Source: Octopus sinensis
Taxonomy: Eukaryota
Assembly: GCF_006345805.1 (NCBI RefSeq)
Contig: NC_042997.1
Coordinates: 122,574,001 to 122,638,000, forward strand
Direction of reading: 5' to 3'
DNA: 64,000 bases
The position numbers and the translations under genes are program-made. The notes below the pieces were generated by a model. It was not told the DNA's origin. It made no database searches and saw only the letters and a program-made list of their open reading frames with translations. Position 1 is the stretch's first letter; every line of letters begins with the position of its first letter. Below are positions 13,786-25,751 of this stretch, piece by piece.

Positions 13786-14255
13786 TTAGTGTAGATATAA
13801 TACTGTAATGAGAATGGTGTATGGGAATGTATAGGAGTTAGTGGTATTATTGGTAAGGTTAGTAGTGTTTTCTGAATTATGGTATGTATTCATGTTAAGT
13901 TGTGGATGAAAGTTATTGATGAAAGTTGCCTCTGTGTTCATTGTTAAATATACTGAGGTGTTCTGTGAACATTGATAGAAGGGGAAAATTAGGAGATTAG
14001 GATTACGTTTCTTAGAACACCTTTCTATGTGTTCACTGACTTGTAACTGTCTGTATTGTGGGTGGCGGATTTGTTTTTTGTGAAGGGTGGTTCGTCGACG
14101 GAGTGATATTCCTGTCTGGCCAATATATTGATTACCGCACCCTAAGCAGGTAATGGCATAGATTAGGTTTTCCAAGGCACAGGTGAAATTTGATCTAATC
14201 TTAAATATTTCACCTTGTTTGAAGTAGAACTCTGCACCCTCCAAAAGGTGATGGC
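13786..14255 (-). pseudogene. PLE GIY-YIG endonuclease, C-terminal fragment
   Basis: NFTCALENLIYAITCLGCGNQYIGQTG..RRRTTLH..I...VSEHIERC...EATFINNFHPQLN: GIY-YIG with CxxC between the two motifs, typical of Neptune-like PLEs. The ORF start lies inside the inverted arm, so the fragment is 5'-truncated. Confidence 0.85.
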
Positions 14256-14561
14256 GTAGTGGACCCAACACCGTTTGAAAATTGGTGCCCCTTCAAAGCC
14301 AGTGAACAGTAATTGACGAAACCTGTATAACTTTGAATCCCTTTAACAATTCATAATAGTGACTTTTATTCCTCTAAATTCTACCTCAGTTCATCTAACT
14401 ATATATTTATCGTTACCTTTCATAAAAAAAAGCCTTTATTGTTTTGATATCGAAAGTGCATTTTCGCTTTTTTTCTTCTCACTTTCCCCATATCTCTTAC
14501 ATTAGTAGTCTCTTTCTTTTTTTTCGTTTTTGAAACATATTTCTATTATATTTTACTACAC

Positions 14562-15400
14562 GGAAGATTGAAAATGCGACAGATATCAAACTCTGCATTC
14601 ACTCTAAAAGAACTAAAAGAGCCTAACTCGAATTTGAGACTACTAATTAACAAGATTGGTGAATTTACTCGATTTAAACAAGATCCAAAGGAAAAAAGGG
14701 AAACGGCAATCTCTGGAACAACACAACTTTTGACCGAATTATGCACCACTCTTCAATCTTTACCTTACAATAATTTTATAAATAAAAATCCCCCTACAGA
14801 CGATACACACGATAGAACCCCTTCCATGGTTAAACAATCAATTAAAAACCGTATTATCTATATCTGGAATGAGAAACATAATCCAGAAAATTTTCTTTCT
14901 GGAATATGATTAAAAACAACTAAAAGTCAGAAATTTTTGAACACTGGTTAAATTCAGTTCCAATAATTTTACCTGGTAAATTTCAAATTAAACTAATACC
15001 TAACGAATAGGACCAAGAAAGACAATTAAGAGAGAAACTAACATTGGTAAAAATGAAGACAGAAATCGAACTCCTTTGGCTTAGAGCGATAAGCAATGAA
15101 GAAACATTTAAAAACATAGATCAGGAAATATATACTGAATTAAGGAAACATTCAGATGGTCAATGCTTGGAGAGTATCTTCAAACTGTGGAAAACAACTT
15201 GTGAAACTGAAGAAACTAATTCCCTACAACGCTGGGAAACAGAAGCTAATTGTTTCCTAAACTACGAAACACAGTTCAACAGAGAAAACATATCGGATGA
15301 CCCCTTCCTGAACAAAAATAAACCAAAACCCCACGCAGAAATGATCTCACATTTATCTAACTTAAACCACAGAAAATCGAAGGGACACAACTCCCCCAAC
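14562..15400 (+). pseudogene. Decayed ORF, probably the N-terminal region of the same PLE protein
   Basis: ORF pieces 14568-14909 and 15044 onward (KTEIELLWLRA..EETFKNIDQEI...LWKTTCETEE..SLQRWE) directly follow the plus-strand pLTR-like arm and resemble N-terminal regions of molluscan PLE ORFs as I recall them. Multiple stops and frameshifts. Confidence 0.5.
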
Positions 15401-17035
15401 CTAAAAATAACATCCAAACAACATTTGTTACCTAAAATATTTCTTTTTATTCTCACATTCTCAATGTTACTTTGTGTTGTCTATGCTATGTTTTATATGA
15501 TCAGATGCCCAAGCCGATTGCGGTGCAGATATCGATAAGATCCAGTCCAGTAAATACCACACCCGGATAGGGACTTTCACTTTTTTTTCGGAGCGGCAGA
15601 GAAATTCATGCCACTGAAACTTCAGTGACCATCTGGCCTAATTTTCCTAGTCCCATACTGGCAACCGAGACTGGATCTCGTGGAACGATTAAAGTTCCTA
15701 AACCACATTGCACCAACAACAGTCCATCCTAACAAAATCAATAAAACTGGTGATCACATGGGAGCTCTGGAAGGGAAACTTGTAAGAAGCCCATGTGAGG
15801 AAGCTTGCGAGACGTCATAAACTTGTAGGGCAACCTAGAAAACGATGTTGGGAATAACGTTGAGAACAGCGTTGTGAGTCAATATGGGTTGGCTGTCTAA
15901 TATTGTGATTGACTTAAATTCCAGTATATTGATGTAAATAATCAAAATTTTCAACTAATTTCTTTTGCATTTCACATTATTTAATCCTTAAAATAATTAC
16001 TCTCCATCTGTGCAAACCATCTAAAATTTGGTCACAATACATGATAGACAGAGAAGCTTGATATCCTTTATTTAACGACTTTAAACCCATAGAGTATAAA
16101 TTAAGAAAGGTAATAATTAGTAAAATATTAGAATAAAACAATGTGTTAAATTCGAACCTTTCTGTTCACATGTTTAGTTGTTCGGTATTGAATTGGAATT
16201 AAACAACACAGCAATAGTTTTAGTATAAGTTCGACCCGATAACTCAATATCCTAAAATGTGCAATCAAATAACATCTAAATTAAATAATGCTGTTGTAAA
16301 AATATACGTAACATGTAGGACTATGAAAACAATGTCTGAATACTTGATGTAGCATTGATCTTAAACCTGCTTTATCATTACTGACGTGGGCTGAACGACT
16401 GTCTTGACTACTTTTCTATATACACTGATGTTTGCTAATAAATTTGGGTTTGTCATAGAAGAAAAGAAACGATGAAATATTCAAAAGCATGAAACCAAGG
16501 AACAAATGTAATTGTACTTACAACTCAATATTATTAAAGCTGATTCAAAGAATATCTTTCAGATGGCTGAACGCATAGATTTCCCTCCGCTCAATGTCAT
16601 TTATTAGAAATTCTTTGGTTATATTTTCATATTAACTATTCGTAAACTGCATCAATGCTTTTATGAAAAGCCTGTAGACATAAAAGCACCGAAGATATGT
16701 CAAAACATGTTGTAAGACTTTTGAAGTTTCCAGTTCGCAAATCATATCACAATTCCTAATATATAATTGTCTACAGTTATTGAGGAATATCCTGTGATCC
16801 CCACAGTAGAAACAAGGAACAAGCCCTCATACTCAACCCACAAATAACTATTGCTTCTCCTCGCCTCTGCCACATACAAAGACAGAACACTTGAACTTTT
16901 GTTAATTTCATCTAACTTTTCTGAAGCCTTAATGATACCGTGTCTTCCTTAGACAATAAAAGTCACTCTTCCACATCTCTCTGTCTCTCTGTTTATTGCC
17001 ATCTCTGACTTTCTCTCCCCCTCTATCTCTGAATA

Positions 17036-17098
<63 letters not shown>

Positions 17099-17136
17099 AG
17101 TTAGTGTGAAATGGTGTATGCATGTATATATATATT

Positions 17137-17167
<31 letters not shown>

Positions 17168-17256
17168 CGTGGAGAGTTGGGAGAGAGAAAAGGAGCGATT
17201 CATTTTCATACGAAATCATATTGAAAAGTCTGTAACGTTGTCAGTACTTCCTCTAC

Positions 17257-17400
17257 GGTGGCGAGCTAGAAGAATTATTACCACGCCAGCAAAAATGCTG
17301 GCGGCATTTTGTTTGTCTTTACGTTCTGATTTCAAATTCCGCCGAAGTTCTTTCGTGGTTGACAAAATAACTACCATTTGTGTACTAGTTTCGATTTAAT
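17257..17400 (+). mobile_element. Decayed SINE family A
   Basis: GGTGGCGAGCTAGAAGAA...CACGCC.GC.AAAATGCT.GCGGCATTT...TTACGTTCTGATTTCAAATTCCGCCGAAG. Confidence 0.65.
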
Positions 17401-17485
17401 TTTACTTGCGTTCTTTCCCAAAATTGCTGAACCTCAGCCATAATTTGAACCCAATATTTCCTGTAACTTCTTTATTTCCACACTC

Positions 17486-17521
<36 letters not shown>

Positions 17522-18014
17522 ACACACACACACACACACATGTATGTATGTATAGACAGACATACAGAATAATTAGACAGAGAGAAGGATAAATAGATTT
17601 AAGAATACGTTTTCATAGCGATTCAAAATACAACAGCGCCATTGTATTTAAATGAAAATGTAGGAAACTATCACAGTTTAATTCTATATTTAATCATTTC
17701 GAGTAGCTGTTACCTAGTTATCAACAATGCGCTATTGTATTTCCTAAAACTTTGGAAAACCCGCTTCCAGTTACGATTCAGCTAGAGCAAAGAACTTTAT
17801 TGAAATTTAGTGAATATAAAAATATATGTATGGATACAGGATGAAGCAATTTCCATGTAAGGAGAACTATTTTCTCTTTGTTTTCACTAATTGGCATATT
17901 TTGGCTAAATCCCACTCAGCATTGCTCGTAGATGTGTGTTCCGTAATGTAATGCAGCAAGCAACTTACAATGTTCGTATACATACATACAGACAAACATA
18001 CATACACACACGCA

Positions 18015-18059
<45 letters not shown>

Positions 18060-18095
18060 TATATATATATATATAATATATATATATATATATAC

Positions 18096-18782
18096 GCGAG
18101 AAAGAAGCAACAAGAATGGATAGGTTTTTAGTACGATCGTTTCATACAAGACAGGTTTTATTAAAAGTTGCAAAGATTACAGCATATAAACGAGTCCCGT
18201 TCTCTGGAAATTTACATCTACACCATTGGAATCTGTGCATATATACAAAGGATTAATTCACCCTCTCTGTAATGCTAATAAGCAGGAATTGAGACCCACC
18301 TCGTTGTAATTAACAATGGATAAATTTGTCTTCTGTGAGTATATAATCCCTCATCATATCTATGGAAATTCACATGGATTAGGTCACCTTCTCTGTGATG
18401 CTATCAAAACTTTTTTAAAATTCTGTGATAAGACTGTACATCATCTTTAAAGAACTTTAATGAACTATAGAAATCTGTTTAATTATCTACATTACTTCAT
18501 GAGTATAGCCTCAAACACTAGGATGTCTAGAGAACTTACATGTATTTTAGCTGATGAGTACGGGACTCGTTTATATGCTGTAATCTTTGCAACTTTTAAT
18601 AAAACCTGTCCTTGTATGAACGATCGTACTAAAAACCTATCCATTCTTGTTGCTTCTTTCTCGCTTATAATCACCCCACATTACTGTATTGTTAAATCAG
18701 TATAGTTTTTTTTGGTGCATCTAATTTAGGTACCATATTCAAGTAAATTTTTTTAAATTAACTTGAATCTTTATTGCTCTTT
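18096..18782 (+). mobile_element. Small inverted-arm element between (TA)n tracts
   Basis: Near-identical 105-bp arms 18096-18200 and 18560-18664, 359-bp spacer, ~118-bp extension after the right arm, (TA)n on both sides. Confidence 0.8.
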
Positions 18783-19019
18783 TATATATATATATATATA
18801 CCTATATATATATATATACCTATATATATATATATACCTATATATATATATATATATATACCTATATATATATATATATAATATATATATATATATACCT
18901 ATATAATATATATATATATATATCTATATATATATACCTATATATATATACCTATATTATATATATATATACCTATATATAACATATATATATATATATA
19001 TATACCTATATATATATAC

Positions 19020-19060
<41 letters not shown>

Positions 19061-19213
19061 ATATATAACTATATATATATATATACCTATATAACTATAT
19101 ATACATATATATATACCTATATATAACTATATATACATATATATAACTATATATACACATATATATATATATACCTATATACACATATATATATATACCT
19201 ATATATATATATC

Positions 19214-19244
<31 letters not shown>

Positions 19245-19409
19245 TATATATATATAGATATATATATATATATATACTATATATATATATATACCTATAT
19301 ATAACTATATATACATATATATATATACCTATATATAACTATATATATATATATAACTATATATACACATATATATATATATACCTATATACACATATAT
19401 ATATATATA

Positions 19410-19485
<76 letters not shown>
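18783..19485. repeat. Long compound (TA)n array with CCTATA/TAACTA variants
   Basis: Direct reading; block ~19083-19205 is repeated at ~19291-19415. Confidence 0.9.
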
Positions 19486-20150
19486 CAATATACACGTACA
19501 GGTTTGTGTTTGATACCATAGCTTTCCGATATCACGTTTGATTTCAACCTATCACGGTGTTGTTCCGTTATGAATCCTCCCCCTCTATAACAACAAACGC
19601 GTCATGTATATTCTACAACACAATTTGTAATTTACTTTACTTCACTCTCTAATTACCTACTTCGTTAATATCTTTATTGAATGCACTTTAATTTCGCTCT
19701 CAGTTTTTCTCCTTCTTTCCTCACTTTTGTTCTCATATATTTCTATATTCTACTTTTAAATACAAAGCCACAGCACACGTAGTATTGCTGTCTGTTCTTT
19801 ATATTTGATAGCACATCCACGTAAGTTTAAAATATCTAAATTTTCTGTATAAACGTGCGTCTCGCTTATTTACTTCATTACGTTTCATTCTCCACACAGC
19901 TACACCAACCGTTTACATATTATCTGATATTAGTGAGCGCTACAATAACTTTGATGGTTCAAACGCTTAAAACAACGGTATTCCTGCGATAACCGTATCG
20001 AAACCTTGTCCGATAAAGTTTATCTAAGGCTCCTAGCACAGTTAGCTTCAACGTGTCATTTTATAGACAACAGTGTTGAATTTGAAAAGGATTTGTCTGC
20101 TATATCTCGAAGCTGACTCCTCTTATCGTTTGACTGGGCTGAGTCAATAC

Positions 20151-20295
20151 TATTGAAAAAGTTGCAAGACGCAACGAAAATTTTAGGAAAATAAAAAATA
20201 AGAAATAAGTGGACATTTTGAGTCAAGACAATTGAAAAGTTGCAAGACGCAAAGAAAATCTTAGGAAAATAAAAATATGAAACAAGTGGAACCTT
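20151..20295. repeat. Tandem duplication of ~80 bp
   Basis: ATTGAAAA(A)GTTGCAAGACGCAA.GAAAAT.TTAGGAAAATAAAAA occurs twice. Confidence 0.85.
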
Positions 20296-21165
20296 TACTT
20301 GTGAATGTGTTATATTATAAGGAACAAAAAGAAAATGACTCTCCTCAGACACAACAGAATATAGAGACAATTACAGGAGTTTTAAACTCACCAGTCCCAT
20401 GCAATAGCACAGTTCTTAAAGCTATTAGCTGTAGCCTACCAATTGACATTCGATTTAAGGATGAGTAACTAATTGACTAATCAGTAATCAATTAAATATA
20501 ATTCGAAAACTGACTTATGTTCAGAATGTTTAAGTGGAGGAATGTGTAACACCTCGAGAATAATTAAATTATTTTTCACCTCACAGCACATATTCACAAA
20601 TGAATCCCTAGCGTTTATATAACTCAGGGAAGATTTGACACTTAACACATTTGTGGATGTTACACGCTTCGAAACCTATATTTGTTCCCTTACCAGAGGT
20701 TTAATAAGCAGCATAGATTAATTAATACGAGCATACGACACACGCTCTCTCTCAATATCATCTGTCATCTGTGATAATATTCACTGATGCTGCTCTTCGA
20801 CATGTCAATCATATATATATATATATATAATTGTATTAGTACACTGTCAAACAACATTTCGGTAAGGTGGGCATCATAATAGATACAAATGAAATTGTAT
20901 GGATATTTCTGTACATTTTCTCGCAGTGTGAATAAATAGTGACGATTTTAACAACTATACATCACTATGAATCAACACACTCCTCTAGCCTTTCAAATGT
21001 ATGATTCGGAGGAGGAGACGCCGCAATTGGCATGCAGTTCTTTATGCTGTTAGCTGATTAAGTTAAATAACTAGCCATCTGTTGAACTATGATATTTATA
21101 TCATTCCGGACTTTCACACAACCTCCCCCACTCTCTGTGTTATATATATAGGCGAACATACACAA

Positions 21166-21216
<51 letters not shown>

Positions 21217-21260
21217 CAAAATAAGCAACAAGTTGGTGCCTCACGTAACTAATTCATCTG

Positions 21261-21336
<76 letters not shown>

Positions 21337-21408
21337 CATATAATATTAGGGAGTATAACTCCAAATTTACAGGGACAAATTCAATTTTATATATATATAT
21401 ATATAAAA

Positions 21409-21658
21409 TATAAATTAGACATAAAACCATTATTATGCAACTCAAACGTTGATAAACATAAACCAAAACATGAATAACAAATATATATTTTTATAAAACA
21501 TATAATTAGATCCCAAAAAGTATAAAAATTAATTATCAATATATAATAAGTAAAAACACTTCGTACGTTTCATAAACATATATATTATTTGTTAATTGTG
21601 TTCTGGTTTATATTTATCACTGTTTGAGTTGCATAATAGCGGTTTCATCTCTAATTTA
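21409..21658. repeat. Diverged ~80-bp inverted repeat
   Basis: 21409-21490 (TAAATTAGA.AT.AAACC..TATTATGCAACTCAAAC..TGATAAA.ATAAACCA) is reverse-complementary to 21577-21658. Confidence 0.75.
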
Positions 21659-21669
21659 CACACACACAT

Positions 21670-21704
<35 letters not shown>

Positions 21705-21706
21705 CA

Positions 21707-22650
21707 TAAATTGATCAAAATAAAAACATGATGCCAAGGATTCAGCGGTACATATGTTTCGGGCCTTTATTAGACAGATTTATAACAATGCATAATGTAT
21801 GTCTGTGGCCTTCTTCAGTCGCGCACAACAACTTCCACAAGGACATGTGTTACATCAAAAATTCTTGGTTGGGGATGCAAATCCTCTCATTCGCGTACGA
21901 CATAATGCGGCAACAGCATGGAATTTAAGTGTCCATCTCGTTCTTCTCTCAATGTAGAATGAGGAAATTTGGATGTTGAAGTAATGTAAATAAATTAATA
22001 AATAAATACATATATAGACGTGAAGGGACCTGGTAATAAGAGTAAATAGGGGTAAAGATGGAGGGGCGAGAATTCAGGACGAAGGATAAAAAATATATAA
22101 AAAGTGTAAGTATAGAAAAATATAGAAAAATATAAAAGTGTAGAGTATAAAGATATAAAGAGATATAAGGAGATATAAAGGGAATATAAAGAATATAAAA
22201 AAATATAAATGAATATAAAGGTATAAAGTTAAAAGTAAAAATAGAAATAGAATAAAAGTAAAAATAGAAATAAAAATAAAAATAACAATAGGAATAAAAA
22301 TAATAAAAAATGTAAAAGAATATAAGGATAAGGGATGTATAGTGGTTACGGACCAAACATGGTGGTCAGGAAAATGACAAAATTTAGTTGTAGAAGTTTT
22401 GGGTGTCAATAATTCAAGAGGGGCGTCTGGGGACTTAGTGTATTGTAAATCAGAGCTGTTGAGCAGCTAATCTAGTTCCTTGATATAGGTGGTCATCTTG
22501 TACATACATACCAGCATGGATACCTACACGCATATTCACGCGCACATATACGCACGCATACACAGCTCCAAGCATATAAGCATACATACGTACTCACGTG
22601 TAAACATATACAAAAACACATATACACCCACACACATGCGCATATATACA
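21707..22650 (-). repeat. Inverted 5' pseudo-LTR of the PLE
   Basis: Reverse complement of 25752-26700 with only a handful of substitutions/indels seen. Confidence 0.95.
21745..21824 (-). ncRNA. Hammerhead ribozyme motif (type I, palindromic stem III)
   Basis: Minus strand: GCGCGA CTGAAGA AGGCC...GGCCC GAAA CATATG TA CCGC. Confidence 0.6.
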
Positions 22651-22652
22651 AC

Positions 22653-24396
22653 TACTCATTCATCCAGTTCGACATAGTTAACTACTACGGCAGTATATCC
22701 CCCATCTTACTTAACAAATCCCTTATATATGCCCGCCGCCTTTCGCTCATAGACAGAGAAAAAATTGACATGATACTATTAGCCAGAAAAACTATAATAG
22801 AATTTGACGGTAGACTTTGGACCAGATCCGATACCCCCGAAAATTTTGATGTGGCTATGGGCTCGAGCGATTCAGCTCAGGTGACTGACTTGGTCGGGGC
22901 CTACCTACTCAAGAAGCTTTTCTCCGAGGTACCGGATCTTCAGGGGGGTCTATACAGGGATGACGCTCTCTTCATATACCCCACCAACAATAGGAGTAAA
23001 CTAGAAAGAATTAGGAAAAAGATCAGGCTTTTTTTCAAATCCTTCAATCTTAAACTAGAATTTAGGACCAATACTAAAATAGTAAACTTCTTAGATGTTA
23101 CGTTAGACTTGAATAAGCACCTTCACCACCCCGTATAAGAAACCCGAAGAAACAACCAAATACATCCACACCTCTTCCAACCATCCACCCTGTATAATTA
23201 GCCCCACGGTCCAAGCCATCTCAGACAGACTTACAAAACTATCCTCTAACAGAGAAATTTTCAATAATCACGCACAACACTACAACCAGGCTCTCTATAG
23301 TGCTGGGTATAACCAGAGAATATCATATGTAGACCACCCAGGAACGTCCGTCGGCCGTAAAACTCCCAATTATAATCGAACTCCACACTCAACTCATGCT
23401 ATCGATAATTCTAATTTAAATTCTAAACAACGTATAGGAAATAGGCGAACTAATAGAATAGCACACAATAGTAACCCTCTCGACGAGAGCAATATAGATC
23501 CTACTAGGAGAAATAGAAGCGATAATAGTAGATTACGCAACTATATATGGTACAACATACCATACAACTTAGCAGTTAGGGGTAAATTATGTAAGAGAAT
23601 ATTCTCTATCATTTCCAACAACTTCCCACCCACCCATAAGTATAGAAGTATCTTCTCCAACAAAACCATTAGGATTTCCTACTCTACCCTGCCCAACATG
23701 AGCTGCCTCATAGCTAAACATAACTATATTAATATTAGAACAGCTAGATCAAGAGCAAGCTATAGCGACCAACCGAACCCCCCTCATCCAGACAGTAGAC
23801 AATATAATCAGGCTGGCAGCTATATTACCCAAACAGTTAGTAATAACACGCGCCAACACAACAGAGGTAATACCACACCCATCAACAACCAGGAGGATAT
23901 CAACGCCCCCACACGTAATGCAACACCTCCGCCTGGGATTAACAGCACACGACCGAGTAATACAATGCACTGCAACTGCATATGTGCATCCGAGTGTCCG
24001 CTACGGGGTGCATGTAGGGCGAAAAACGTAATATATTCATGTGAGGTGAGTACCCAGTTTAACACACTCACCTACATAGGTTGCTCGACCTCCTGGAAAT
24101 CCAGATACTACAACCACCGGTCCTCGCTGAAACACAGGCATAAAGCTAACAGCACCTCTCTTTCTAAAAAAATTTGGGAATTAAAAGACAAATTCATAGG
24201 TTTCAAACTCAGGTGGTCCATCATCGGATCAGCTGCACCTTATTTAAATAATAGAGCAGGATGCCAACTATGTTGTGTAGAACTCCTGAATATCTTGAAA
24301 TTCAAAGACAAACACAATCTTATTAACAAAAGGTCAGAGTTCAAACCATTCTGTATACACAAACTTATTAATACTTTCAAATACTACAAAGCTTAG
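22653..24396 (+). pseudogene. PLE reverse transcriptase + GIY-YIG endonuclease (5'-truncated, one +1 frameshift near 23130)
   Basis: In frame from 22653: SFIQFDIVNYYGSI, FDVAMGSSDSAQVTDLVG, GLYRDDAL, NFLDVTLDL. After the shift, open to TAG 24396: YIHTSSNHPP, IWYNIPY, ISYSTLPNM, CNC..CPL.G.C..NVIY, TYIG..SWKSRYYNH, LSKKIWELK, CQLCCVE, NKRSE...CIH. Confidence 0.93.
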
Positions 24397-24535
24397 GCTA
24401 TTATACCAACTCCCCCATGCAATTTCCTCCCACCCGGTGCAACCTGTCGGCTCCAGCGCATCCCGCTTTCCTATATGTGCGTGTATATGTGTATATATAT
24501 ATATATATGTATATACATATATGTGTATATATATG

Positions 24536-24566
<31 letters not shown>

Positions 24567-25751
24567 TGTGTATGTGCATATATATTTCCCTGCATTTTCC
24601 TCCTATATATACACATTTTGTCTCATTTCTTCTCCTACACCGAAATTCTTCCTATCTAGACTCTTTGTTTCCCTATATCTATACCTTTTCACATTTCTAA
24701 CTCGGATGTTGAGCGCACACCGCAAAACTCCACTTCCCACCCTTCCAATTTTCAGTTCCCCCCGCCCGCCCCTATGTGGTCACCTTTAGCACACACCTTT
24801 AACTTTACACTTTCAACCACCTTTTGTTTTTTCCTTCATCTCATGTTAAGCTTTACCCGATTATATTTTTATTTTACTTTATCCTATTCTATTTCGCTTT
24901 ACCTTTATTCTTATTTCATTTTCATTCCTTATTTTAATTCTTATAGTTCTTATAATTTTTATATCTTATTTCTAACTTTTATAGTGTATTTCTTATTTTA
25001 TATTGTATTTCTTACTTTTATTTCTAATTTTTATTCTTACCCTCATTCTTACTCCTATTTTTATCCCTAACTTATCGCTTTATATCTCTATATATGTCTA
25101 TTTTTTGCTTATCCCTTATTTACTTATCTATGGATCCGCTTTATGATTATATGTGCGTCCGTGTACGTATGTATACGTATACGTATGTGTACGTATGTAC
25201 GAGTAAACATCTACGTCTGCATGTGCATACCCCGTTACTCTTCTTTAATAATTTTCTTTAATAATATTTTAAAATTTTTTACATGTTTTTTTACATATTT
25301 TTTTACATGTTTTCGCAGATTTCTTATATGCATATGTTTACACATATTTGTATACATCTTTTAATATCTTATAGCTATACCTATACGCGCGTATATGTGT
25401 GTGTATGTAAGTGTATATGTACACGCACATATAGACACACAGCCGTGTGTGCGTGTACGTGTAGACGTGAGTGCGTGATTCTTTACATGCGTTCTTATAT
25501 ACATCTTTTAATATCTTATATCTAAACCTGTATGTGTGGGCATCTGTGTATGTGTATGTAAGGATGGACGTACTAATGTATATATAGGTGTGTGTATATG
25601 CGTACGTATGTATATGTATACATGTGCATATATGTATGCATATGTGTATGTGTATATGTATATGTGTATGTGCGTGTGTGTGTATATATGTATATATGTA
25701 TATGTACACGTATAATGTCCGTGTATATATACGCATATTCTGTTGTATGTA

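Larger units (their letters stand above)
13491..15400. mobile_element. Old Penelope-like element (Neptune-type endonuclease) in inverted arrangement
   Basis: GIY-YIG ORF end on the minus strand; inverted ~238-bp pLTR-like arms at 13491-13728 and 14257-14493; decayed ORF on the plus strand after the right arm. Confidence 0.8.

Noticed and set aside
24397-24480. GC-rich segment after the Naiad stop codon, considered as a SECIS element
   Set aside because: No AUGA/UGAN quartet with an apical AA was seen, and the ORF has no in-frame TGA to recode.
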